Assembly (NCBI GenBank): GCA_030583785.1 | Contig: CP129475.1 | Coordinates: 159,559 to 223,558 of the forward strand | Length of the DNA stretch: 64,000 bases | Origin: Candidatus Dojkabacteria bacterium | Lineage (GTDB): Bacteria; Patescibacteriota; Dojkabacteria; B142; OLB20 | Direction: 5' to 3' | In this document: positions 10,533 to 18,641 of the stretch, piece by piece | Position numbering within the stretch: the stretch's first letter is position 1 | Layout of the letters: each line of letters opens with the position of its first letter | Translations under genes and position numbers: made by a program | The notes under the pieces: model-generated | Seen by the model: the letters and a program-made list of their open reading frames with translations, nothing else | Database searches by the model: none | What the model was told of the DNA's origin: nothing

Positions 10533-11255
10533 TTACCAGCCATTTACAACTTGATTTAAGTTATCGGCTATATATTCTAACAGTGGGATGTTTCTGGCAT
10601 AGTTCATGCTGTTAGGTCCGATCAATGCCATATATCCTTCGTTTTGATTGTGCAGCTTAACCGGTGCAAAGATTACCGTATTTGTTGTAAATGTTCCATG
10701 TCCTGTATCTTCTCCGATAAGGATTCTGATCTTTCTTTCTCCTCGATAACGCAAGAATATGTTTCTAAGTAGCTTATTATCTTCTAGAATATGAAAGATA
10801 TCTTGCAATTGCTTTCGATCGGTTAGCTCTGTTCTACCAAGCAAATATGTAAATCCAGCATAGTAAACTCGGTTTTCAAGTGATAATAGCGACAGGTTTT
10901 GTGTTTGCTCGGCAAGGTGATTTAAAGCTGTGTAAATTAGCAAGTCTGTATTAAAGCGATTTTGGAAAATGTCTTCCCTAATTCTTATAGCTGCCTGTAC
11001 ATCTGGATTTTCAAGATCGTCAAGTAATCTGTCAATAAAAAACTTAAGTCCAAGATTAGTTGGAATTCTTCCGGAAGAGGAGTGAGGCTTGGCTAGATAA
11101 CCTTGTTTAACAAGTTCTGCCATTTCGTTACGAATTGTAGCAGGACTGACTCCTAGCCTATACTTAGTAGCCAAATTTACTGAACCAACTGCTCCGCTAC
11201 TTTGTATAAATTCGTCGATTATTGCTTTTAAGAGCTTGCTTTGTCGTGGTGTCAA
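10533..11255 (-). CDS. hrcA: heat-inducible transcription repressor HrcA (short form)
   Basis: 'LLKAIIDEFIQSSGAVGSVNLATKYRLGVSPATIRNEMAELVKQGYLAKPHSSSGRIPT' HrcA wHTH N-terminus; 240 aa (shorter than typical); first gene of hrcA-grpE-dnaK. Confidence 0.8.
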   Translation of the reverse strand: MTPRQSKLLKAIIDEFIQSSGAVGSVNLATKYRLGVSPATIRNEMAELVKQGYLAKPHSSSGRIPTNLGLKFFIDRLLDDLENPDVQAAIRIREDIFQNRFNTDLLIYTALNHLAEQTQNLSLLSLENRVYYAGFTYLLGRTELTDRKQLQDIFHILEDNKLLRNIFLRYRGERKIRILIGEDTGHGTFTTNTVIFAPVKLHNQNEGYMALIGPNSMNYARNIPLLEYIADNLNQVVNGW

Positions 11256-11290
11256 CGGCTTATTTATTTAACATAAGCCAAATATACCAT

Positions 11291-11317
11291 TTAGCAATCA
11301 AGCTGGTCAAGTGCTAA
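11291..11317. promoter_or_regulatory. CIRCE operator (HrcA binding site) upstream of hrcA-grpE-dnaK
   Basis: TTAGCAATC-N9-AAGTGCTAA versus consensus TTAGCACTC-N9-GAGTGCTAA; about 36 bp upstream of the hrcA start on the minus strand. Confidence 0.6.
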
Positions 11318-12749
11318 CCGGTCTATTTTGTATAGTTAAGACTGTTGCATGGTCTCCAAAGTTATGTATCTTGCTTCTATCTTCGACATAGGCATGTACT
11401 GTTGCGGGAGTCACTTCTGCATTAGGCGATATATTTAGCCTAGACTCAAGTTTTTTAAGTGCTTTGTCAAGCTCTTCTCTCTCATCATCTGATAATCTGC
11501 TTAGTACATGGTCTGGGATTTGTAACAAATTGCCAAAGCGAATGTAATCGGTAACTCCATCGGTTGTTAGCATTATTGTTTCAGGGATATGATGAATAGT
11601 CTCACAATATACCTCCATTCCCGACCTTCGACCACCAATTGTAGATGTAACTAGGTTTCTATTGGCTAATAATAATCTTATTTTATCTTCAATAGATCTA
11701 ATATTTGGATTTGAGAAAATTGTATCTGCAATATTATGATCGGTTGATACTTTATTTGGACCGCAGAAGATTGATGCGTCCCCAACATTTGCGATTTCTG
11801 TTGTGTTAGTGTTTCTATCAATTAATACAGCAGCCAGTGTTGTAGACATACCGCTATTTCTTATTTCAAGTCTGACAGGTTTTCCATCTTCTGTTCTAAC
11901 GACCACTGGTGGTAAGGCTATTTGATCTCTCAGTAATTCCTCAATATTGTTCTTATCTGGAATGATATTAACATCGAGTGGCTGACCTATTCTGGTTGCA
12001 AGCAGAAGCCTTGCCATTACTACTTCTTGCCAAGGTTCAAGTGTTAATTTGTCATTTGGATCAAATGCCGATAATAAAATATCTTTACCCGAGAACAGTT
12101 CAGTCAAAATAGTATTGTAGTCTAATTCAATACTATCTACCTCTTTTTTATAATCTTGTTTAATCTCTTGAAAACAGTCTTGAGTATTACATTTTTTCAC
12201 AGCAGGGGCTTCAGTTAAGTCTACCATACCGGTTGTATACTCACACAATTCTCTGGTAAATCTTTGCGTTTCAGTTTGATTATCAAATTCATCAGCAGGG
12301 TATTTATGACTAATTGCATTTGCCACATGTCTATGAAAGAAGTCACGAAAGAGTCCAAAAGTTCTATTAACTTGTCTAATTGCATTCTCTAGCCCCCCAT
12401 CAGGATTATTAGCCAAGTAGAGTTGCAGTGCAAAAGCGGCTTCTCTAGAAGCAATTTCTCCTCCTGGTTCACCTCCTACACCGTCACAGACGACAGCAAC
12501 CTCTTTACCATCACCAAGATCACAGAATAGAGCAAAATCTTCTGATGTAAGAGGATTTTCTGAATATTTGTAATGCGCTCCCGAAGATGCAGAAATTTCA
12601 ACTATAGAATCCCCAATAATAATTGCTACTCTTGATGTGGGGTTATCTGTGCTTAAATCAGGCATATGGGTATTAATTTCAACATAGCTTAATGGTTTTC
12701 TTTCTGCTTCTATAGGTTCAGCAAGATCTGGTAATTGTGCTGTGCTCAT
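11307..12749 (-). CDS. PP2C-family Ser/Thr protein phosphatase with large internal insertion
   Basis: 'VVCDGVGGEPGGEIASREA' (PP2C 'DGxGG...A' motif) and '...IMLTTDGVTDYI' (second Asp-containing motif); 480 aa. Confidence 0.5.
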   Translation of the reverse strand: MSTAQLPDLAEPIEAERKPLSYVEINTHMPDLSTDNPTSRVAIIIGDSIVEISASSGAHYKYSENPLTSEDFALFCDLGDGKEVAVVCDGVGGEPGGEIASREAAFALQLYLANNPDGGLENAIRQVNRTFGLFRDFFHRHVANAISHKYPADEFDNQTETQRFTRELCEYTTGMVDLTEAPAVKKCNTQDCFQEIKQDYKKEVDSIELDYNTILTELFSGKDILLSAFDPNDKLTLEPWQEVVMARLLLATRIGQPLDVNIIPDKNNIEELLRDQIALPPVVVRTEDGKPVRLEIRNSGMSTTLAAVLIDRNTNTTEIANVGDASIFCGPNKVSTDHNIADTIFSNPNIRSIEDKIRLLLANRNLVTSTIGGRRSGMEVYCETIHHIPETIMLTTDGVTDYIRFGNLLQIPDHVLSRLSDDEREELDKALKKLESRLNISPNAEVTPATVHAYVEDRSKIHNFGDHATVLTIQNRPVST

Positions 12750-12784
12750 TCTATTACAATATAATATATATCTATTATATCATA

Positions 12785-13573
12785 TCAGTTACTTTGCACA
12801 AAGGGGATAGATACTCGTTTTAAAGCTCTTATGCCGTTATCTTCTTTTTCAATCAAAACGCCTTCTAGTGTGGGGTTGTCTCCGTTTTGATCTTGATCAT
12901 GCCAATCTTGTTCCCAAATAGGTTTTGCCGGATCAGTAATTTTAATTATCCCTCTACGCACACCATTGTTTTCACCGTAATTTTCGTTGGATTGTGCATA
13001 TGTTATCTCGCTGACTTCGTTGTTTCGAAGAATTACCGAATCAATCAGAATAACATGGTGCGAATTTTTGACCTTACCTTTAGATCTAATTAAATTCCCC
13101 GGGCGAACTTGGTTGATATCTTTAATCTCATTGCAGTTGTTTATTCCGGTTAAGACATTTGCTCCGGTGTTTTCTACTGGCCTTAGTAACCTGCGCAATC
13201 TACTTACAATTCCATTTTGGTTGTATTGTAGATATGCGTCGATGCTACCCATTTTTTTATCTTTTAGAATTGCGTTTAGAACATGAACCACAAAACCCGA
13301 ACAGTCAATTCCGATATCTCTATCTTGCATAAACTTTCTTACTTCTGATGGTTCGGCCTTATCTATGTCAAAGCCTTTTACTTGCGCAAGTACCATAACT
13401 TCTCTTTCGATTTCATCTGGCGATCCTTTACCAATCATTACTCGTAAGCCGCCTTTCAATTTTCGTTTGTTCATGTAATAAGGAGCAACAACTTTCTTGT
13501 TGCCAACTTCTATGCTTTCGTAATCGTTGATAGTGTTGATACCTGCCTCGGGGAGGACATATTTGGTGATCAT
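12785..13573 (-). CDS. cytoplasmic NlpC/P60-like (papain-fold) cysteine peptidase/amidase
   Basis: 'IGIDCSGFVVHVL' catalytic Cys context and downstream His 'NSHHVILI'; no signal peptide; start overlaps the stop of the ATP-grasp gene. Confidence 0.4.
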   Translation of the reverse strand: MITKYVLPEAGINTINDYESIEVGNKKVVAPYYMNKRKLKGGLRVMIGKGSPDEIEREVMVLAQVKGFDIDKAEPSEVRKFMQDRDIGIDCSGFVVHVLNAILKDKKMGSIDAYLQYNQNGIVSRLRRLLRPVENTGANVLTGINNCNEIKDINQVRPGNLIRSKGKVKNSHHVILIDSVILRNNEVSEITYAQSNENYGENNGVRRGIIKITDPAKPIWEQDWHDQDQNGDNPTLEGVLIEKEDNGIRALKRVSIPFVQSN

Positions 13574-14994
13574 AATTGATTTTTGATACTAACAAGTATA
13601 TCGCTGACCCAAGGTTTAACAGTTGTTGCATCTAAAAGCACTGATTGTTTAGCTTGAAGTCGGATAATTTCTGCACCCTTGCTTATTTTTTGCATGGCGC
13701 TTGGCATTAACAGCAGAATACCACTTTCTGTATTTAGGTCAGATGCATTATAGGTTTCTTTTTGCAGTATGAGTGGTTTATCTTGATCTTCATCTAAGAA
13801 GATTGTATCTGCTATTACTTCGCCTGTTGCAACATTCTTGGCGCTATTGTCACTTTGCAGTCGATAAATGCCAGATTTAAACTGCGTATTAACCTGTGTA
13901 TCTTCAAATGCACGAATTGAAACCTGCGAGTACTCAATTGGTTGCATCGATACTTGATTGTATGCTTTAGCATCTTCTTCAATTTCTAGATCAAGAAAGG
14001 CTGCTATATGCATTAAAGCAAGTGGAGTTTGCTGCAGGTTTCTTTGGATTTTTGTGTAGTAAGGAATTGAAGCAGGTTGTCTGGCGTTAATTTCTACAAT
14101 ATATGGACTTCCGTTACTAATGATTAGATCTATACCAAACATGCCAAGGTAGCCCAGACTGTGCATATAGTTTCCGATCCTTTCTGCCTGTGCAATGATT
14201 TCTGTAAGTGTAGTTTCTTTGAATCCTTCGCGACAAAGAAAATCATTGCCCACGGTAGCTCCTTTTTCTAAAGATAATTCTTTGATCCCTGTAATCTGCA
14301 GGCTAAGTCCGCCAAGATATACACCATGTTTTGTAATAACTCCATTCAAAGTGTATGTTGGCCCGGATATAAATTGGCTGATTCGTGCTTCTCGTTGTGG
14401 GTATTTACCGGCGAGTTCGCTCCAGAGTGCCTCTGAATCAATAAAATATGTGGCATTTCCGCTGTGGCCACGGTTAAACTGTAAAACAAAGAGATCTCCA
14501 TATTTGCTCTGCATGTCGTTAAAACTTGAACTGCCTAAAACTACGACTTCTTGGTTTGGAACTTTAACACCAGAAGCCAACAGTTGTTTCGATTGACTGA
14601 CTTTGTCTTCAAATAGTCTGTTAAGAGCTGAGCTTGTGTTCATAACTCTGAACTTTTGTTGCTCAGCAAATTTTTGAAAAGCACCGGATACTTTAAATGT
14701 TTGCAGATATCTGGTGTCTGAATTAATGGTTTGTAGATAATTTTGGAAACTATCGGATTTTAATAATCGGTAAGAACTAGCAGGGAGATTGGTTGTGTGC
14801 TCTGCCAAAGAAAAAACACTAACATTATTTTTGCGTACCAGTTCAAGAATTGGCGAATTATTAATGACGGCAACATGATAACTGCTAATAAGGTCTTCTA
14901 GACCCAATGCTCGTTCAATGTCTCTAGTTAGATAGAAATATGCTGATTTATCTAGTTGTTGATTGATCTTTTCTAACAGTTTTTGCATACTCAA
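13570..14994 (-). CDS. ATP-grasp domain ligase with ~200 aa N-terminal extension
   Basis: 'FVLQFNRGHSGNATYFID' and 'GMFGIDLII...PYIVEINARQPAS' ATP-grasp C-terminal signature; 474 aa. Confidence 0.6.
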   Translation of the reverse strand: MSMQKLLEKINQQLDKSAYFYLTRDIERALGLEDLISSYHVAVINNSPILELVRKNNVSVFSLAEHTTNLPASSYRLLKSDSFQNYLQTINSDTRYLQTFKVSGAFQKFAEQQKFRVMNTSSALNRLFEDKVSQSKQLLASGVKVPNQEVVVLGSSSFNDMQSKYGDLFVLQFNRGHSGNATYFIDSEALWSELAGKYPQREARISQFISGPTYTLNGVITKHGVYLGGLSLQITGIKELSLEKGATVGNDFLCREGFKETTLTEIIAQAERIGNYMHSLGYLGMFGIDLIISNGSPYIVEINARQPASIPYYTKIQRNLQQTPLALMHIAAFLDLEIEEDAKAYNQVSMQPIEYSQVSIRAFEDTQVNTQFKSGIYRLQSDNSAKNVATGEVIADTIFLDEDQDKPLILQKETYNASDLNTESGILLLMPSAMQKISKGAEIIRLQAKQSVLLDATTVKPWVSDILVSIKNQL

Positions 14995-15002
14995 TCGTTA
15001 AA

Positions 15003-15905
15003 TTATAATCCACTGATTATTGCCACAGGCTTTACATAACTATAACCGGATTTGATCGCCTTCAGATAGGCTGCCACGGCAAGCAAAGAATTGTAGCTAA
15101 TTTTCTTATTAGGCAGAGTATCTTCGATTAATTTCTCAGCTGTAAGAAGTTCTTGATCAGTAATTATCCAGCCAAAGCCATTTGATTTTTCAATTTCGAT
15201 CAAGACTTGCTTCTTTCTCTTTGCTACTCTGTCTACGATAGCATCTGCCAAGCTGGTTTTAGTCAGAGTGACTTGATCAAAGTTTGAAACTATGGGACAA
15301 ATTCGCGTTGTCTGAACTACATGTAAGGCAACTTTCCTATTTGTTTCGCCGAAACCCTGAGCAATAGCAACCGAGCTTGTTGCACTGCTGCAAGGAACAA
15401 AAACTGCATCAGCATCTGGTAGTTGTTCTGCAATTTCGTATGCAATTGTTTTAAAGCCTATTAAGGCAACATCGTCAACTGAACCTCTAAGGTTTATGGC
15501 ATTTGACTCGCGGGCATATTGAATTGCAGACGATTTAGGTTTGGGGACTTTCCGAATTTCAACAAACTCTGATTTATGTTGTTCAAGCCTAGTTAATTTT
15601 AATTCTGATATATTGGTTGAAACGAATATACAAAGCTTAACTTTTGCTAAATTGGCGTATGCGGCAGCACTGATTGCAGCGTTTCCTGATGACGAAATCG
15701 TAAAATGTTTGTTTTCGTTCTGAACATAGTAACTTAATTGGTAGGCAAGGCTTCTATCTTTGAACGATCCGTTTGGATTGGCATCTTCGAACTTAAGATA
15801 AAGGTCATTGCCATTTAGACTTATTTGCTCTAGAGCAGTGTTACCTTCACCAAGTGTTAGTCGGTTTTGGGGTAGAATACTATGTAATTGTCTATAATCC
15901 CACAT
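15003..15905 (-). CDS. PLP-dependent enzyme, threonine synthase-like (Trp-synthase beta fold)
   Basis: 'LYLKFEDANPNGSFKDRS' matches the ThrC 'L..K.E..NPTGSFKDR' PLP-lysine motif; 300 aa (shorter than ThrC). Confidence 0.6.
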   Translation of the reverse strand: MWDYRQLHSILPQNRLTLGEGNTALEQISLNGNDLYLKFEDANPNGSFKDRSLAYQLSYYVQNENKHFTISSSGNAAISAAAYANLAKVKLCIFVSTNISELKLTRLEQHKSEFVEIRKVPKPKSSAIQYARESNAINLRGSVDDVALIGFKTIAYEIAEQLPDADAVFVPCSSATSSVAIAQGFGETNRKVALHVVQTTRICPIVSNFDQVTLTKTSLADAIVDRVAKRKKQVLIEIEKSNGFGWIITDQELLTAEKLIEDTLPNKKISYNSLLAVAAYLKAIKSGYSYVKPVAIISGL

Positions 15906-15929
15906 ATATTGCCAATAACTTGATAATAA

Positions 15930-16169
15930 ATGTACAATGCCAGAGTAAGAACTCTATCTGTTTATCATATTACTTTACAATCTATGAACGAGCAAACAAC
16001 AACTAAATCACAGTTACTTCTATGTCTTGAGTGTAAAAACGAAACACAACTTGCTGCTGACCTGCATGTAGGTGATGTTATCGAATGTGACTTCTGCGGA
16101 ATCGAATACGAAGTACTAAACGCAGAAAACAATGAATACACTGTAAGCCTTCTCGAAGAAGAAAAATAA
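15930..16169 (+). CDS. LysW/ArgW-like zinc-ribbon amino-group carrier protein candidate (start may be internal ATG 15984)
   Basis: C-x2-C-x17-C-x2-C 'LECKNETQLAADLHVGDVIECDFCGIEYEV' parallels LysW 'CPECGAE..LGE.IECPDCGAELEV'; acidic C-terminal tail '...SLLEEEK'. Confidence 0.45.
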   Translation: MYNARVRTLSVYHITLQSMNEQTTTKSQLLLCLECKNETQLAADLHVGDVIECDFCGIEYEVLNAENNEYTVSLLEEEK

Positions 16170-16174
16170 CCTTT

Positions 16175-16250
16175 GCTGGAATAGCTCAGCTGGTAGAGCA
16201 CTCCCTTCGTAAGGGATAGGTCGTGAGTTCGATCCTCACTTCCAGCTCCA
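16175..16250 (+). tRNA. tRNA-Thr (anticodon CGT)
   Basis: Cloverleaf folded by hand: acceptor GCTGGAA/TTCCAGC, D-stem GCTC/GAGC, anticodon loop TTCGTAA, T-stem GTGAG/CTCAC, TTCGATC T-loop, encoded CCA. Confidence 0.85.
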
Positions 16251-16318
16251 ATAGCACCATTCAAGTTTTCTAAAAATCCCTTATTCGTGTTAAACTATAT
16301 AGTCATTCTATATGTATT

Positions 16319-17515
16319 ATGGAGGTACCATTTCATATAAATAGAAATATTAGAAGAGGTCTTGTAACGGTAGCCAGTGTGTTGCTTATGCTTGCTATGG
16401 CGCAGCCGGTCGGAGAAGGTGATTCTAGTAAAATTAAAAAGATTACAGACACACTGACTCCAACGCCACCAATTCCTTATATAGAACCGACAGCCACTTT
16501 AACTCCAACTCCGACACTAACGGTACCTGCCACGGCAACAATAACAAATATTCCATTACCTACGCGTACTTTAGAAGCAACATTAACGCCTGAGCCGACT
16601 TCTACAATTGAACCCACATTAACACCTGAGCCGACTTCTACAATTGAACCCACATTAACACCTGAGCCGACATTAACGGTTGTGCCGACTTCCACGCCTG
16701 AACAAACTATTACGGCAATGCCCACAGCTATAGAAAACCATATTGAATGTGAACTAAATATCATCTACCCAGAAGGAAATGAAAGAGCCTCATCAACAAG
16801 TATCATGGGATACTTTGAAACGGACCGGACAGTTATTGATCAAGCTATTGCTGCACTTGAACTAATCGATCCAGACGGAATACATGCCCAGCAGATGGGC
16901 TATAGTTCTGTAAACGATTATGTTGAATCAATTCAAGTAGTCAGAAACGGCAGAATTAACCGCAATGGAAGTACTGCAACTACTCCTATCCGTGAATGCA
17001 ATGGCAGGCATAGTACAGGAGTGATAATGTTTTCAGCAAATGCAAACTTATACCCTATGCTCTGGATAGAAGAAATTGTGCAATCATACAGACTGCAATT
17101 TATGCTTGATATGCATATGGCAAACAACGGAAACATCAATGATTTTCTGCAAGATTGGCAAAACGGGAGAACAAGACTTCTTGGTGAATTGATTGATGCA
17201 ACTTTAATATATACTGTTACAAAAAGTAATTCTCTAGCACTCTCAAACTATCAAGTTAACTTAGCGCATTTAAGTTCTGGGCGAGGAAGAAATAACACTC
17301 CTGTCCAACTGATTGATCATCTTTCCAGAGAACTTGATTATAATCTTTCTCCAGAAGAGTTTATCAGATTATTACTAACTAACGAGGGTATGGCACAAAT
17401 AAATCCAAGAGTACTTGATACATTCGGAGTTCCTGATATATACCATTTATTATATGGTGGAAGGCCAAATACAGGCTTCAGTATTCCGCGTTACGATCCT
17501 AATAATAGGAACTAG
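16319..17515 (+). CDS. secreted protein with N-terminal signal peptide and Pro/Thr-rich tandem-repeat linker
   Basis: Hydrophobic 'LVTVASVLLMLAMAQP' then 'TLTPTPPIPY...TLTPEPTSTIEP' repeats; structured C-terminal domain of unknown function. Confidence 0.45.
   Translation: MEVPFHINRNIRRGLVTVASVLLMLAMAQPVGEGDSSKIKKITDTLTPTPPIPYIEPTATLTPTPTLTVPATATITNIPLPTRTLEATLTPEPTSTIEPTLTPEPTSTIEPTLTPEPTLTVVPTSTPEQTITAMPTAIENHIECELNIIYPEGNERASSTSIMGYFETDRTVIDQAIAALELIDPDGIHAQQMGYSSVNDYVESIQVVRNGRINRNGSTATTPIRECNGRHSTGVIMFSANANLYPMLWIEEIVQSYRLQFMLDMHMANNGNINDFLQDWQNGRTRLLGELIDATLIYTVTKSNSLALSNYQVNLAHLSSGRGRNNTPVQLIDHLSRELDYNLSPEEFIRLLLTNEGMAQINPRVLDTFGVPDIYHLLYGGRPNTGFSIPRYDPNNRN
16580..16687 (+). repeat. 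3 x 36-nt in-frame tandem repeat (TLTPEPTSTIEP units)
   Basis: Near-identical 36-nt units read directly in the sequence (acattaacRcctgagccgacttctacaattgaaccc). Confidence 0.7.
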
Positions 17516-17545
17516 CTTGCGAACACAGCCCTCTGATACAAAAAT

Positions 17546-18640
17546 GTGACGCAGTATGTTATGCTGTTGTTACTAATTCAATTTTCTTCAGCAATGTATG
17601 AACCGAAATATCAACTGACTAACCGCATGGTCATGAATCTTGTCAAGCTCGAAGTAGAGAAGAGCATGATTGAACAAAATCAAACTACTCTGCAGTCAAA
17701 AACAAATATGCAGACAAGAGCAAAGTCGATAAATATGTTCCATATGGCTCATATAATTGGAGTCGAACTAACCTTAAAAGATGCAGAAAAAGCAGCCGAA
17801 GGCAGAAAAATCCGTACCGATGACGCCAGAGGAATAATCTTAAATAACTACAGAAACACATTAGAATTTGTAAGATCCAATGTCACAGACACATATATTG
17901 ATATCGACATAAATATAATGTTGCATCTGAACAAAATCTTACTGACTGACTGGAAAGAGAGCTGGGAGTCAAAGTTTCGAACAGGTGGTGAAGATATCGA
18001 TGTAATTCTAGACAATTGGGTATCTCTGCGTGATCAACGCATTGAACCTATCAGGGTACAAGACGAACTACTTCAGGCATTAGACTGGTATAAATCAAGC
18101 ATTTCCAAAGTGCACAATATCATTCGAATAGGCATACTAATCTATAGATTAGTCCGTATTTCACCCTTCATTGTTGCCAACAAACTAACAATCATAGCTA
18201 TTGCAGACTTTCTGCTTCAAAAAAACGGTTACATAGAAAGATCATTTCTACCTGCAACCAGAAACTTTGATGTTTACGAAGATGAGTATCGTGAAGCTTG
18301 GACACAAGCCATCGAACATAACGAAGATGTGACTCTCTGGCTAGAAAGATTCATCAGAAACCTAGCAGGGGACATGGCAGATGTTCGCGAAGTTATTGGC
18401 AAAAATACGCAGGCCGAAACAAAAAGCAGCAGACAACCATTCCTAGATCTTAATAAGAGACAACTTAAGATTTTACGCTACCTGCAAACAATTCCAACTG
18501 TTAAAAGAGAAGATTATGTGCAAATGATGGATGTATCCACTATGACTGCATATAGAGACCTCGATTCACTTGTAGCAAAGAAACTGCTTAAGGTAGATGG
18601 GAAAGGCAGGGGAACAAGGTACATGCTTTATCACAGATAG
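17546..18640 (+). CDS. Fic-like protein with degenerate Fic motif and C-terminal winged-helix domain
   Basis: 'ISPFIVANKLTIIAIADFLL' in place of HPFx[DE]GNGR; C-terminal 'KRQLKILRYLQT...VSTMTAYRDLDSLVAKKLLKVDGKGRGTRYML' wHTH shared with the 60239-61282 Fic protein. Confidence 0.4.
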   Translation: MTQYVMLLLLIQFSSAMYEPKYQLTNRMVMNLVKLEVEKSMIEQNQTTLQSKTNMQTRAKSINMFHMAHIIGVELTLKDAEKAAEGRKIRTDDARGIILNNYRNTLEFVRSNVTDTYIDIDINIMLHLNKILLTDWKESWESKFRTGGEDIDVILDNWVSLRDQRIEPIRVQDELLQALDWYKSSISKVHNIIRIGILIYRLVRISPFIVANKLTIIAIADFLLQKNGYIERSFLPATRNFDVYEDEYREAWTQAIEHNEDVTLWLERFIRNLAGDMADVREVIGKNTQAETKSSRQPFLDLNKRQLKILRYLQTIPTVKREDYVQMMDVSTMTAYRDLDSLVAKKLLKVDGKGRGTRYMLYHR

Positions 18641-18641
18641 A

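Noticed and set aside
15930-15983. N-terminal 18 codons of the LysW-like ORF
   Set aside because: Neither ATG (15930 or 15984) has a convincing Shine-Dalgarno. The shorter form matches LysW length better, so the longer boundary is kept in the feature table, flagged as uncertain.
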